Below are positions 13,597 to 28,960 of a stretch of 64,000 nucleotides of DNA, one piece after another (the first letter of the stretch is position 1; every line of letters starts with the position of its first letter). The notes below the pieces were generated by a model that was given only the letters and a program-made list of their open reading frames with translations, did not search any database and had not been told where the DNA came from. Source of the stretch: the human T2T-CHM13v2.0 reference genome, Homo sapiens; assembly GCF_009914755.1 (NCBI RefSeq), contig NC_060947.1; one strand, given 5' to 3'. The position numbers were made by a program, and so were the translations under genes.

Positions 13597-14689
13597 AAGA
13601 GACTTCCCTATCTCTCATAAGCACATAATTTATACAATAAGAAGCAATGTTTGACTTACCTGCCCTGGACCTGTTCTCACTGCTCCAAACCCAGGTTTCA
13701 TTACCCACATGACTTCTGGGCAGATTTTTTTTCTTGCAGTTTTTTAAAATTGAGATAAAAATTTCCATTTTAAGGCAGTTTCAGTGGCTTAGTTTAGTTT
13801 TTGTTTACAGTATAGTCACAGTTTTGTGTACTTATCACTACTCCCTAGTTCTATAACATTTCCATCACCTCAAAAAGGAGCCTAGTACCTGGGCAGAGAT
13901 CCTTGAGGTCCACCTCCACTATTGAATAAATCTGTTCTTCATAAGTGATAATGAGAATAAAAACAATATATCCTATATTTCCAATTTGTTATATAATAAA
14001 TGGAATGGTATATACCAATCCGGCATGTCTGGTCCCCTTTACAACCAAAAGCATCACACTTGCTGATAGAATAACAAATATAAAAATTCTGTACATTGAA
14101 ATACATTATATAAATAACAATAACTGCTTCCATTTATAGGCTGCCTTACAGCTTAGAAGATATTTTCACATACTCCCTCTCATTTGATAATACACATCCG
14201 ACTCTGAGACTCCTGCAAGGTCTCACAGCAGGTCAGGAACAGACCCAGACCAGGACCTCTGACTTGATTCCTAGTTGGGTGCTCTTCCCCAACTCTATAC
14301 TGCCTCTGTAGCTAGGTTAATTGTTGTCCCAGCAAGTGTTTATGGAGTCAATCTTCATTCTGATGTAAAGCTGAGTGGCCTGTGATATGACTCTAATGCC
14401 TAAACTTAGTTTTATTTGCCTGCTCAAATTCCAACCTGGCAAATAGGCAACTGAGGATGGCATCAAAGAGGGAGTTGTGACCAAAGCTGAAGGCCTGACT
14501 TGGCATCCCCACCCTGAAGAGAGGATGAATATACATCCAGAATAGACATCACTGGAAGAGCTCCAGCCTCCCTCAACCATGCACTTCTCCTCTTTATAGG
14601 TCACCCAGACTAAAATAAACTCATTTGGATGTCCCCTTGATCCTGGGATTTCCTTATTCTCTCCTATAGGTGCTAATAGGAGAAGCCAG

Positions 14690-14920
14690 AAAACCACATG
14701 GTAGTAATGACATTGATCCCTCACATCTGCACCAGGCTTTATGGTTTCACATATATTATGGCTACTTAATTCTCTCAACAATCCTTTGAGGTAGACTAGC
14801 ATTATCTTCATTTAACAGAAAAGGAAATTGAGTCACAGAGGGATGATCAGAGGGATAACTTTTGTCCCATAGTTAGTAGGTGAAAGAACTGAGAGTCAAA
14901 GACAGGAGCTTAATGAAGCT
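14690..14920. mobile_element. MIR
   Basis: ctcaacaatcctttgaggtag...attatcttcatttaacagaaaaggaaattgagtcacagag MIR core. Confidence 0.65.
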
Positions 14921-14983
14921 ACACATTATATATTTGGCTCCTAACGGTCAAGAATTGACTAGAGGACTAGTCTCCTGGGACAC

Positions 14984-15653
14984 TGCCTTAGTTTGTTTGT
15001 GTGCTATTACTGAATGCCATAGATTGGGTGATTTTTTTTTAGACAGAGTCTCACTCTTTCACCCAGGCTGGAGTGCAGTGGCGCGATCTAGGCTCACTGT
15101 CACTTCCACCTCCTGGATTCAAGCGATTCTCCTCCCTCAGCCTCCCAAGTAGCTGGGATTATAAGTGCTCACTACCACACCCGGCTAATTTTTGTATTTT
15201 TAGTAGAGATGAGTTTTCACCATGTTGGCCAGGCTGGTCTCGAACTCCTGACCTAAAGTTATCCACCTGCCTCAGCCTCCCAAAGTGCTGGGATTAAGGG
15301 TGTGAGCCACCGCATCCTGCTGGGTAATTTTTAATAAACAGAAATTTACTGGCTCACAATTCTGGAGGCTTGTAAATCCAAGGTCAAAGAGGCCCGCATC
15401 TAGTGAGGACCTTCTTACTTCATCATCCCATGGTGGAAGAGCAAAGAGAAGGTAAGAGAGAGCAAAAGTAGAAGGGGCCAAACCCACTCTTGTGATAACA
15501 AACCCACTCCCTCAATAATAGCACTAGTCCACTCGCGAAGGTAGATCCCTCATGTCCCAAACACTTCCAAAAGTTCCCACTTTCTAACACCTTAACAATG
15601 GCAATTAAACCCTAACATTAGTTCTGGAGGAGATGAACATTCAAACCATAGCA
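14984..15653 (-). mobile_element. MST-type (MSTD/MSTC-like) MaLR solo LTR interrupted by an Alu
   Basis: tgccttagtttgtttg... to ...aacattcaaaccatagca; near-TSD gacac/gacat. Confidence 0.8.
15032..15320 (-). mobile_element. AluS inserted in the MST LTR
   Basis: Full dimer; TSD tgggtgattttt / tgggtaattttt. Confidence 0.92.
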
Positions 15654-17605
15654 GACATTCTTATGTTTAGCTATAGGCATTCCCAGGCATGAAGTTATAT
15701 CTCTTTAAGCTCCCCGCCCCCAATTCTAAGACACCCAGTGTCTTGATATTGCCTACCTAATCACCACCTCTATACCCCAAATCAGACCTTTCCCAACAGG
15801 TTTTTCGTGGACATAATTGGATAACTAAAGTAATAAAATTACTGAATACATTCTAAGCAGCAATTTAGCCTCCCACTCCACCTTTGGGTATGCCTTTCAT
15901 TCCACCTGGGATCTTGACAACCGTAGTTCTAAATTTCTGCTTGTTTATAAAGGGCCAGGGAGCCTCCCTAAGTTCCAAAGTTGTTACAAAAAGAGGCAGT
16001 CAGACTTGAAACCAATAACTGGTTCTGTTGTTTAGTTTATGACCAGAGGCCTGGCTCAAGCTCTGGCTCTTGGCTGGCCTCTGTGAACAGAAAGAAGGAA
16101 ACTCGTTTTTCATTCTCTGTTTCCAAAGTCCAACCTAACTGTCTGCACGCAAATTCCATCATGGAGTTAGGCACTTCAGACAGCAGCAGGTGGAAAGTGT
16201 TTGATTTCTGATGAGAATTCCTGGGCCCAAATCCCAAGCCCCTCCTTCCCTTCTCACAGCAGCTCACAGGTCCCTGCTCTCCTATTGCCCCATCATCTCC
16301 TAAGCAAAGGAAACAGAATCCCAACTCAGCCTGGCCCCAGCAGTGTCTCCCTTAAAAGTGCTGACTGCTTACTTGACTTAGCAACCAGGACCTCACAGGA
16401 ACTGATTATTGGCTTAGCTATGTAGGCAATGGCAAATGCCCTGAACTGGAAATGAGCAGCCCAAGACTCTAGGTCCACTTCTACCTCAAGTCACTTCTTT
16501 TGAGGCCTGAGTTTTACCACCTAGAAAGCAAAGATAATGACATCCTAGCGTGCCTCCATAGAGTTTTGCATAGAAAATGAAAAATCCTATCCTAAAACAA
16601 GTGACAGGATGTATGGAATAAAAGTGTTTAGCCCACAATGCCCCAGCCCCAGCCCCAGGGCACAGTCAGTCCCTGGTTTAAAGATTAGGGTGCTATAAGG
16701 AAGTAAGATGGAGTGGTTTAAGACATGAATTTTCTTCCCAGACCCCATCCACCACTCTATTCCCTGAGTCTGAAGATTATCTAAACTGAGGCTGATGGAC
16801 ATGACATGTGAAGAATGTCTGTCGAAGGTGCTCCCCCAGCAGACAAGAGAAAGGTCTGGGCATAAGTCCATGTGTGTATGAGCAAGCACTAGAGTAACGG
16901 GACTAGGGATTCCGAGAGCAAAACGGCTAATATGCCCAATGCCTGTAAATCACATTCATGTAAAAAACACAGCAGTGGCCACCTTCACCTAGCCCTCTTT
17001 TATATCTGTTATTAATTCACTCCTCCAACAAGACCAGTCTTTGTTGGGGCTTCTGCAAGGAGAAGATTGCTTCTTTTCATTTTAATCCTAGCTTAGTTCA
17101 GCCAGGCATGGATGAAGCTAGCCAAAGAGCCAGCGGGTAAGCTCCAGCGTCCAGGAGCTCATACCTGTAATGGGAGGAAAAAAGATACCCATTGACTTGA
17201 AGAAGTGACTCTCAGTTTAAGACAGGTTTAATTTGAGGCATCTAAGGGACATCTAGGTGGATGTTCCACCTGTCAATAAGACACATGGATCTGAGGCTTA
17301 AGAAAAAGGTCAGGTCTGAAGATAGACATTTGAGAGTCATCTAAAAAGAGATCATTGTTTTTTTTGCTTTGTTTTGTTTTGTCTTACTTTACAATTTTTT
17401 AATTACACTTTAAGTTCTGGGATACGTGTGCAGAACGTGCAGGTTTGTTACATAGTTATACACGTGCCATGGTGGTTTGCTGCACCCATCAACCTGTCAT
17501 CTACATTAGGTATTTCTCCTAATGCTATCCATCCCCTAGCCCCCCACCCCACAACAGGCCCCAGTGTGTGATGTTCCCCTCCCTGTGTCCATGTGTTCTC
17601 ATTGT

Positions 17606-20600
17606 TCAACTCCCACTTATGAGTGAGAACATGCAGTTTTTGGTTTTCTGTGCCAGTGTTAGTTTGCTGAGAATGATGGTTTCCGGCTTTATCCATGTCC
17701 CTACAAAGGACATGAACTCATCCTTTTTTATGGCTGCATAGTATTCCATGGTGTATATGAGCCACATTTTCTTTCTCTAATCTATCATTGATGGGCATTT
17801 GGGTTGGTTCCAAGTCTTGCTATTGTGAACAGTGCTGCAATAAACATATGTGTACAAGTGTCTTTATAGTAGAACGATTTATAATCCTTTGGGTATATAC
17901 CCAGTAATGGGATTGCTGGATCAAATGGTATTTCTGGTTCTAGATCCTTGAGGAATTGCCACACTGTCTTCCACAATGATTGAACTAATTTATACTCCCA
18001 CCAACAGTGTAAAAGAGTTCCTATTTCTCCACATCCTCTCCAGCATCTGTTGTTTCCTGACTTTTTAATGATCGCCATTCTAAGTGACATGAGATGGTAT
18101 CTCATTGTGGTTTTGATTTGCATTTCTCTAATAAACAGTGATGATGAGCTTTTTTTCATATATTTGTTGGCCACATAAATGTCTTCTTTTGAGAAGTGTC
18201 TGTTCATATCCTTCACCCACTTTTTGATGGGGTTGTTTTTTTTTTCTTGTAAATATATTTAAGTTCCTTGTAGATTCTTGATATTAGCCCTTTGTCAGAT
18301 GGATAGATTGCAAAAATTTTCTCCCATTCTATAGGTTGCTTGTTCACTCTGATGATAGTTTCTTTTGCTGTGCAGAAGCTCTTTAGTTTAATTAGATCCC
18401 ATTTGTCAATTTTGGCTTTTGTTGCCTTTGCTTTTCATGTTTTAGTCATGAAGTCTTTGTCCTTGCCTATGTCCTGAATGGTATTGCCTAGGTTTTCTTC
18501 TAGGGTTTTTATGGTTTTAGGTCTTACATTTAAGTCTTTAATCTATCTTGAGTTAATTTTTGTATAAGGTGTAAGGAAAGGGTCCATTTTCAAGTTTTCT
18601 GCATATGGCTAGCCAGTTTTCCCAACAACATTTATTAAATAAGGAATCCTTTCCCCATTGTTTGTTTTTCTCAGGTTTGTCAAAGATCAGATGGTTGTAG
18701 AGGTGTGGCATTATTTCTGAGGCTTCTGTTCTGTTCCATTGGTCTATATATCTGTTTTGGTACCAGTTTTGAAGTCAGGTAGTGTGATGCCTCCAGCTTT
18801 GTTCTTTTTGCTTAGGAATGTCTTGACTATACGGACTATTTTTTGGTTCCATATGAAATTTGAAGTAGTTTTTTCCTAATTCTGTGAAGAAAGTCAGTGG
18901 TAGCTTGATGGGGATAGCATTGAATCTATAAATTACTTTGAGCAATGTGACCATTTTCACGATATTGATTCTTCCTATCCATGAGCAGGGAATGTTTTTC
19001 CAGTTGTTTGTGTCTGCTCTTGTTTCCCTGAGCTGTGGTTTGTAGTTCTGCTAGAAGAGATCCTTCATATCCCTTGTAAGTCATATTCCTGGGTATTTTA
19101 TTCTCTTTGTAGCAATTGTGAATGGGAGTTCACTCATGATTTGCCTCTATTTGTCTGTTATTGGTGTATAGGAATGCTTGTGATTTTTCACATTGATTTT
19201 GTATCCTGAGACTTTGCTGAAGTTGCTTATCAGCTTAAGGAGATTTTGGGCTAAGACGATGGGATTTTCTAAATATGCAATCATGTCATCTGCAAACAAA
19301 GGCAATTTGACTCCCTCTCTTCCTATTTGAATACTCTTTATTTCTTTCTCCTGCCTGATTGCCCTGGCCAGAACTTCCAACACTATGTTGAATAGGAGTG
19401 GTGAGAGAGGCCATCCTTGTCTTGTGCTGGTTTTCAAAGGGAATGTTACCAGCATTTTCCCAGATATTGGCTGTGGGTTTGTCATAATTAGCTCTTATTA
19501 TTTTGAGATGGTTTCCATCAATACCTAGTTTATTGAGAGTTTTTAGCATGAAGGGGTGTTGCATTTTATCAAAGGCCTTTTCTGCATCCATTGAGATAAT
19601 CATGTGGTATTTGTCTTTGGTTCTGTTTATGTAATGGATTGTGTTTACTGATTTGTGTATGTTGAACCAGGCTTGCATCCCAGGCATGAAGCCAACTTGA
19701 TCGTGGTGGATAAGCTTTGTGATGTGCTGCTGGATTTTGTTTGCCAGTATTTTATAGAGGATTTTTACATTGATATTCATCAGGGATATTAGCCTGACAT
19801 TTTCTTTATTTGTTGCATCTCTGCCTGGTTTTGGTATCAGGATGATGCTAGCCTCATAAAATGAGTTAGGGAGGAGTCCCTCTTTTTCTATTACTTGGAA
19901 TAGTTTCAGAAAGAATGGTACCAGCTCCTCTTTATACCTCTGGTAGAATTTGGCTGTGAATCCGTCTGGTCCTGGGCTTTTTTTGGTTGGTAGGCTTTTA
20001 ATTATTGCCTCAATTTCAGAACATGTTATTGGTCTATTCGGTAATTTGACTTCTTCATGATTTAGTCTTGGGAGAGTGTGTGTGTCTAGGAATTTATCAA
20101 TTTCTTCTACACTTTCTAGTTATTTGCATAGAGGTGTTTATAGTATTCTCTGATAGTAGTTTGTATTTCTGTGGGATCAGTGGTGATCTCCCCTTTATCA
20201 TTCTTTATTACGTCTACTTGATTTTTCTCTCTTTTATTCTTTATTAGTCTGGCTAGTGGTCTACCTATTTTGTTAATCTTTCAAAAAAACAGCTCCTGGA
20301 TTCACTGATTTTTTTCAAGGATTTTTCCTGTCTCTATCTCCTTCAGTTCTGCTCTGTTCTTGGTTATTTATTGTCTTCTGCTAGCTTTTGTATTTGTTTG
20401 CTCTTGCTTCTCTGGTTCTTTTCATTGTGATATTAGGGTGTCAATTTTAGATCTTTCCTGCCTTCTCTTGTGGGCATTTAGTGGTATAAATTTCCCTCAA
20501 AACACTACTTTAGCTGTGTCCCAGAGAGTCTGGTACATTGTGTCTTTCTTCTCATTGGTTTCAAAGAACTTATTTATTTCTGCTTTATTTTCATTATTTA

Positions 20601-21384
20601 CCCAGTAGTCATTCAGGAGCAGGTTGTTCAGTTTCCATGTAGTTGTGTGGTTTTGAGTGAGTTTTTCAATCCTGAGTTCCAATTTGATTGCACTGTTATC
20701 TGAGAGACTGTTTGTTATAATTTCCGTTTTTTTGCATTTGCTGATGAGTGTTTTACTTCCAATTATGTGGTCAATTTTAGAATAAGTGTGATGACGTGCA
20801 GAGAAGAATGTATATTCTGTTGATTTTTGGTGGAGAGTTCTGTAGATGTCTATTAGGTCCGCTTGGTCCAGAGCTGAGTTCAAGTCCTGAATATCCTTTG
20901 TTAATTTTCTGCCTCGTTGATCTGTGTAATATTGACAGTTGGGTGTTAAAGTCTCCCACTATTTTTGTGTGGGAGTCTACATCTCTCTGTAGGTCTCTTA
21001 AGGACTTGCTTTATGAATCTGGATGCTCCTGCATTGGGTGCATATATTTAGGATAGTTAGCTTTTCGTGTTTCATTGATCCCTTAACCATTATGTAATGC
21101 CCTTCTTTGTCTGTTTTGATCTTTGTTGGTTTAAAGTCTGTTTTATCAGAGACTAGAATTGCAACCCTTGCTTTTTTTTTTCTTCCCATTTGCTTGGTAA
21201 ATATTCCTCCAACACTTTATTTTGAGCCTATGTGTGTCTTTGCACATGAGATGGGTCTCCTGAATACATCATACCAATGGGTCTTGATTCTTTATCCACT
21301 TTGCCAGTCTGTGCTTTTTAATTGGGCATTTGGCCCATTTACATTTAAGGTTAATGTTGTTATATGTGAATTTGATCCTGTCAT
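17606..21384 (-). pseudogene. Disrupted L1 ORF2
   Basis: Fragments 20998-21189, 20497-20883, 19286-19780, 19147-19485 (LFADDMI), 18775-18960 and 17785-18216. Confidence 0.93.
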
Positions 21385-21621
21385 TATGATGCTAGCTGCT
21401 TATTTTGCCCATAAGTTGATGAAGTTTCTTTATAGTGTTGATGTTTACAATTTGGCATGTTTTTGCAGTGGCTGGTACTGGTTTTTCCTTTCCATATTTA
21501 GTGCTTCCTTCAGGAGTTCTTGTAGGGAATGCCTGGTGGTGACAAAATCTCTCAGCATTTGCTTGTCTGTAAAGGATTTTATTTCTCCTTCACTTATGAA
21601 GCTTAGTTTGGCTGGATATAA

Positions 21622-21987
<366 letters not shown>

Positions 21988-24900
21988 TAGGGTTTCTGCA
22001 GAGAGAGTCACTGTTATTCTGATAGGCTTCCCTTTGTGGGTAACCCAACCTTTCTCTCTGGCTGCCCTTAACATTTTTTCCTTCATTTCAACCTTGGTGA
22101 ATCTGACCATTATGTGTCTTCAGGTTGCTCTTCTCAAGGAGTGTCATTGTGGTGTTCTCCATATTTCCTGAATTTGAATGTTGGCCTGTCTTGCTAGGTT
22201 GGGGAAGTCTTCTATAACTTTCAAGTACACCAATCAAACTTAGGTTTGGTCTTTTCACATAGTCCCATATTTCTTGGAGGCTTTGTTGGTTACTTTTCTT
22301 TCTTTTTTTCTCTAATCCTGTCTTCATGCTTTATTTCATTAAGTTGATCTTCAGTCTCTGATATCCTTTCTTCTGCTTGATTCATTTGGCTATTGATACT
22401 TGTGTATGCTTCACAAAGTTCTCATGCTGTGTTTTTCAGATCCATCAGGTCATTTATGTTCTCCTCTAAACTGGCTATTCTAGTTAGCAATTCCTCTAAC
22501 CTTTTTTCAAGGTTCTTAGCTTCCTTATATTGGGTTACTACATGCTCCTTGAGCTCAGGGGAGTTTGTTATTCACCACCTTCTGAAGCCTACTTCTGTCA
22601 ATTCATCAAATTCATTCTTTGTCCAGTTTTGTTCCCTTACTGGCAAGGAGTTGTGATTTTTTGGAGAAGAAGTGGTGTTCTGATTTTTGGAATTTTCAGC
22701 ATTTTTTGTGCTGGTTTATCCTCATCTTCGTGGATTTATCTACCTTTGTTCTTTGATGTTGGTGACCTTCAGATGAGATATCTGTATGGACATCCTTTTT
22801 GTTGATGTTGATGCTATCCCTTTCTGTTTGTTGGCTTTCCTTCTAATGGTCAGGCACCTCTCCTGCAGGTCTGCTGGAATTTGCTGGAGGTCCATTCCAG
22901 ACCCTGTTTGCCTGAGTATCACAATCGGAGGCTGCAGAACAGCAAAGATTGCTGCCTGTTCCTTCCTCTGGAAGCTTTGTCCCAGAGGGGCACCTGCCAG
23001 ATGCCAGCTGGAGCTCTCCTGTATGAGATGTCTGTCAATCCCTGCTGGGAGGTATCTCCCAGTCAGGAAGCACAGGGGTCAGAGACCCACTTGAGGAGGC
23101 AGTCTGTCCTTTAGCAGAGCTCAAGTGCTGTGCTGGGAGATCCACTGCACTCCTCAGAGCTGGCAGGCTGGAAGGTTTAAGTCTGCTGAAGCTGCACCCA
23201 CAGCCACCCCTTCCCCCAGGTGCTCTGTCCCAGGGAGATGGGAGTTTTATTTATAAGACCCTGACTGGGGCTGCTGCCTTTCTTTCAGAGATGCCCTGCC
23301 CAGAAAGGAGGAATCTAGAGAGGCAGTCTGGCTACAAAGGCTTTCCCTAGCTGGGCTGGGCTCTGCCCAGTTCATACTTCCCAGCAGCTTTGTTTACACT
23401 GTGAGGAAAAAACCACCTCCTCAAGCCTCAGTAATGGTGGACGCCCCTCCCCTCACCAAGCTTGAGTGTCCCAGGTCAACTTCAGACTGCTGTGCTGGCA
23501 GCGAGAATTTTAAGCCAGTGGATCTAAGCTTGCTGGGCTCCATGGGGATGAGATCCACTGAGCTAGACAACTTGGCTCCCTGGCTTCAGCCCCCTTTCCA
23601 GGTGAGTGAACAGTTCTGTCTCACTGGTGTTCCAGGCACCACTGTGGTATGAAAAAAAAATCCTGCAGCTAGCTCAGTATCTGCCCAAGTGGCCACCCAG
23701 TTTTGCGCTTGAAACCCAGGGCCCTGGTGGCATAGGCACCCAAGGGAATCTCCTGGTCTGGGGGTTGCGAAGACTGAGGGAAAAGTATATAATCTGGGCC
23801 AGAATGCATCATTCCTCATGGCACGGTCCCTCATGGCTTCCCTTGGCTAGGGGAAGGAGTTCCCTGACCCCTTGTACTTCCTGGGTGACGTGATGCCCCA
23901 CCCTGCTTCAGCTCCCCCTCCATGGGCTGCACCCACTGTCTAACCAGTTCCAATGAGATGAGCCAAGTAACTTAGTTGGAAATGCAGAAATCACCCACCT
24001 TCTGCACTGATCTCACTGGGAGCTGCAGACCAGAGCTGTTCCTATTTGGCCATCTTGCCAGCCACCTCAAGAGATCATTGTTAAAGCCACAGAAGTAAAT
24101 AGAATCCATCAGAGATCTGAGGGATACCTTCTAAAATAAAAATGGAAGAGGGCCGAGGATGGACTCGTGGACTCAACTACTTTTGAGAAATGGAAGAAGT
24201 AGAATGGTTCAACCAAGGAAACTGAGGAAGAGCAGTCAGGAAGTAGAAGGAGAACCAAGAGAATATTGTCATGAAAATCAGGGGAGGAGAGTTAATAGAA
24301 AGAGGGTGAGTACAGAGAAAAGTGGTCAAGGAAGTAAGAACAGAATAAAGGCCATTTGATTTGATGACCTTTGAGAGGGTGGTTTCAATCAAGCCTTTGA
24401 GGGTAAAGTCTACACAGCAGAGAACTAAGACCTGAGAGATAAGGTAGCCAAAGCCGGTGACAGGATAAAGAGGGTAGTCAAATTCTTACATGAACAGAAA
24501 AGTTAGCCCAGGACTTTCAAAGACAGCGAAAACTGAGCTTTCTGTCGTCCCTATCGCTCTCTTGTGAAAGTCACCTGAGGCTCCTTGGTCTTTTTCCTGT
24601 CTTCTTCTGAGCCTATCCTGCTTCCTGCCTTGTCCCGTTCTGTTTTGTATAGGCTACAAAGAATTTGATTAAAGAAAATGTAACCATTGTAAATACTTGT
24701 CCTCTGATCCCAACTGGGAACTGCCTATCGCCCAACATAATTTCTAATTATCTCATATTCACTCCCCAAAGCAATGGTTTCAATTCTTGCCACTTTGCTT
24801 AATACCCTGGCTTCCACCGATTCTTTCTTGGCAGATGATCTCACCTCCTACTATACCTGCCAGATAGTCTTATTGGGCCCAAACTCTCTCTATCCTACCT

Positions 24901-25228
24901 CAAATATCTTAAACTCTACACCCTTGCTCTCATTCTCCTCCTTTCCTCCAAACTTTGAGGAGAATGCCAGTGCCCAAACCCATGCCTTCAATTAAGTTCC
25001 CACCAGCCTGCCTCCAGAGCTCTGCCCCTTATTTTATCCCCTCTTAGAATGATTCAGATGTGTGTATCTTTTCTCCCCAACAAGACCCTGAGTTCCTTGT
25101 GGCAGAGACTGTGTTACACTGTCTCATAGCTTCTATAGCAAAACTTATAAAAAGCAATTAAGAGAGCAATCTGTTTCAAAAATTGAATTCACTTTAAATA
25201 CTTGGAAAACCAAAGCTTCTGAGAAGCA

Positions 25229-25720
25229 ATATAGTATAGTGATTAAAAACACATACTTTGGAGCCAGACTACCTGGATTAGAATCCTGGCGTACCCATTA
25301 TTAGCTGTGTGATCTTGGGCAATTCACTTATTTTCCAGCATTTTATTATAAAATTTTTCAAACATATACCAAAGTTTAAAAAATTTTACAGGGAACACTC
25401 ATATACCAACCACTAGATTCTACCATTAATATTTTACTATATTTGCTTTATCATATGTAAAAATATATATCTCCATCTATCCATTCATCAAACCATTCTT
25501 TTTTTGTTCTGTTGCATAGTAAGTTGTAAACATCAGTACACTTCCCCCTGACTACTTTAGCAGGTATATCATTAACTAGAGTTTCTCTGGGCCTCAGTTT
25601 TCTCATCTATAATACAGGGATAATAAGTACCTTCCTCAAAAGGTTTAGGGGAGGATTAATACATGTAAACACTTAGAATGGTGCCTGCATATAGAAAACA
25701 CTCAAAACAATATTAGTTAT
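25229..25720. mobile_element. MIR interrupted by an old L1 (L1ME-like) fragment at ~25335-25585
   Basis: actttggagccagactacctggatt...ctgtgtgatcttgggcaattcactta resumes as tctctgggcctcagttttctcatctataatacagggataat. Confidence 0.7.
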
Positions 25721-26539
25721 CATTGTTATTACTCTAGCAAATCCCACCCTCCGCCGCAATTGCTCCTAAGAGAACCAGGCCAGCCAGCCAGCCAGCCAGA
25801 GTTACATCTCTGCCTCCCTCTTTTAACCCCACATACACATAAATCCATGAATCGTCTCTAGGAGTTCCTACACCAATGAGAGTTTATCCTTGTGCCCAAA
25901 AGAAATGAATTCCTCCACCCTTTATACCCCTAGACATTCATTCAGTCACCCTGGCCTGAATCCATAGAGTTTCATGCTCCTTAATTAGTGAAATGAAGCA
26001 ACTGCTGATCGAGGCTTCATGGAGGTGCCTCCTTCATCCCTCCTTTTAAGAGCAAATGTGCCTACAGAAACTGCTTTATTCCCTTAAATCGAGGTGACAT
26101 TCTTCAATTCCAATCTCAAAAAATAAAAATAATAATAATAGTTTAAAAACCTGCAAATATCCTAAGACTATGCTCAGAAGATACAATCCCAATGTGTATA
26201 ATACTGCCAAGGTATAAATAGACATATCATACAATCACTGACTATCATGGCTTGTCATCAGAATCTACTGGAGAGCTTGTTTGGTACAGATACTGTGTCC
26301 CACACCCAAATACTGGCATTCAGGACACCTAGTATATGCCTCAGGACTCTGTCCTTCCAAAAAATGCCTCCAGCTGATTCTGATGCTCAACTAAGTTTGG
26401 AAACCAATACTTCTGTTTTTCTTCCTTCCAGACATGTGGCTTTTTTCTTCTATGCCACTGAGTTGTAGTACTCTTGAAATCTGCCAGCTCTACCCCTTGC
26501 TCCATTCACTGTCATCTTACTTTATAAAACCACAAATAA

Positions 26540-26740
26540 TAACAGCAATGGCTACGAATAATAATGTTAAAAGGAGAGACATTTAACCCTCACAAAATCT
26601 CTGTGCTATGGGAGTATTATTATCTCCATTTTATAGATAAGGAAACTGAGAGTTAAGGAACTTGTCCAGGATCACATAGCTAGTAAGAGGTGGAGCCAGC
26701 AATGAAAACCGAGTATCTTAAGCCCAGATTTCCCTTCACT
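26540..26740. mobile_element. MIR
   Basis: attattatctccattttatagataaggaaactgag...aaggaacttgtccaggatcacatagctagtaag. Confidence 0.75.
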
Positions 26741-26831
26741 TCATAACAATTTCGTTAGCCAAGTTGGTGGAGATGTCCAGTGAGGCTGAGGAAAGGGCAG
26801 GGACTGGGGACTAAAGCAGAGTGAACCTAGA

Positions 26832-27095
26832 GAAGTGGTTCTCAACCTTGGATAATTTTGCCCCCCCAGGGAACATTTGGCAATGTCTGGAAACATTTAA
26901 GTTGTCAAAACTGGGTGAGAAGCTGCATCTGGGTCAGGGGATGCTACTGGCATCTAGTGGATAAAGGGCAGAGATGCTACTAAACATCTCACAGTGCTCA
27001 AAACAGCTCCACCATTACCACCACACCCCCCAACATACACACCCCAAAATACTATCTGGCCCAAAATGTCAAGAGTGCTGAGGTTGAGAAAGTTT
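26832..27095 (+). mobile_element. MER20 hAT MITE
   Basis: agtggttctcaacc...gggaacatttggcaatgtctgga...tgctactggcatctagtgg...ggcccaaaatgtcaagagtgctgaggttgagaaa. Confidence 0.85.
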
Positions 27096-27790
27096 AACCT
27101 ACAGTGTTGGAAATTGACTGAAAATGAGGAAATAAGTTTATTTTAGCTATAAAGAGAGAATGAGGTAAAAAATAGAGCAAGGGAGGAATGCCAGAGACCA
27201 GGCACCACAATGTCCAGGCCCTGCCCAAAGAGGTCTCAGATAAATCATGAAGGTTTTTTGCTTAATAGCCCTAAAAGCAATGCTCCATTTCTCCCCTTGC
27301 CTGGAACTTTTGAAAAGGGACTTTTGAACCACAGTTCCCATCATAGTTCTAGAAACATTGCCCAGAATAGTCTGGGTAAGAGTAATTTGCTCTCACAAAC
27401 AAAGAAGACTCAGCAGAGAGGGACATGGAGAGAAAGGTAGAGAAACAGAGACATAGGCTGAATGCAGACAGCGCAAGCATCAGAATATACACAGGAAATA
27501 GCCAAAGAGATTCCACTTGGATAGTCACAAAATAAATAATGTAATTGGGAAAAATTAATCTAAAAAACAAATGTTTCTGAGGTAAGAGGAAGCTGAAGAA
27601 CATCAGGGCCAAGAGATATTTGAACAATGAGCCAAGAGTTGGCCTTAAGCTGTGGTCAGTTGCAGAGTTTATTTTGGGGCTGCCTGGATAGTCCCAAGGT
27701 CTAACTGGGGCACAAGAGAGATCTGACCCTCTATCCAGGGACCTAGTCATTAGGAAAAAATACTCAGAGCTGGGTAGATTGGGAAGCCTA

Positions 27791-28129
<339 letters not shown>

Positions 28130-28589
28130 TCAGCCAGTGACTGATGAAGCCAGATAAAAGAAACTAAATCTGGAGTGGAGAAAACCTGAGGAGGGAAATG
28201 GTAGCAGCCTGCAGCTATTTTGACTATGTAGACACAGCTAAAGAGAATTGAGCTGGCTGGTTAGGGCTGGGGGTACAGGGATCAAGGGCAAGAGGGTACT
28301 GAATTCTCAGGGGGACAAAGAATCAAAAAGGGAATCTAGGATATTAAAGACTATCTCCACCTGCATTTCAAATGTGTTTGGACTGGCCCTGAGTCCCAAA
28401 AACTACTCTTGCTTGGTTGGTGGAGATGGCAAGACCCAGCTAATGACAATATTTGTATCAGACCTTACCACCCAAACTTTCTTTACCCAGACTTGTCTCT
28501 GGGATATAGTCAGCTCTAAGGGTAATATAGTGCTCTGAGGTCCTTTCCAGGTAAGGTGGGCAGAGAAGGCTTCATAAAAGTTAATTGGC

Positions 28590-28960
28590 TGACTTCATTT
28601 ATTAAACAAATATTTACCAAGACCCAAAGTGTGTAGAAGATTGTGATAGGAAACATTGGCAATACAAAGAAAATACTGGACATTGTCCCTGTCTTCAAAT
28701 TTCGTATAACATATTTCAAGAAGCATATCAACAGTGCCATACAATGTTCCTTGGATCACTGATAAAGGCAGTGTGCAAAGAAGACCAAGGGTGCCTAGAC
28801 AGTCCGTCAATGGGCTTCAGAAAGGTCACTGAGACCTAATGTCCAGAGATACTTCTTAGAGACGCTGGGCTTTGAAGTATAGGTGAAATTCAACAAGGCT
28901 GAAAGAAAAAAAGGAAGTTCTGTCCAGGAGAAGAGAACAATCAAGAGCATAGTTTGCGTG
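28590..28960. mobile_element. L2 fragment
   Basis: tcatttattaaacaaatatttaccaagacc... L2 3' end pattern. Confidence 0.55.

Noticed and set aside
14317-14811. 164-aa minus-strand ORF
   Set aside because: It starts in MIR sequence and shows no protein-family similarity or splice support.
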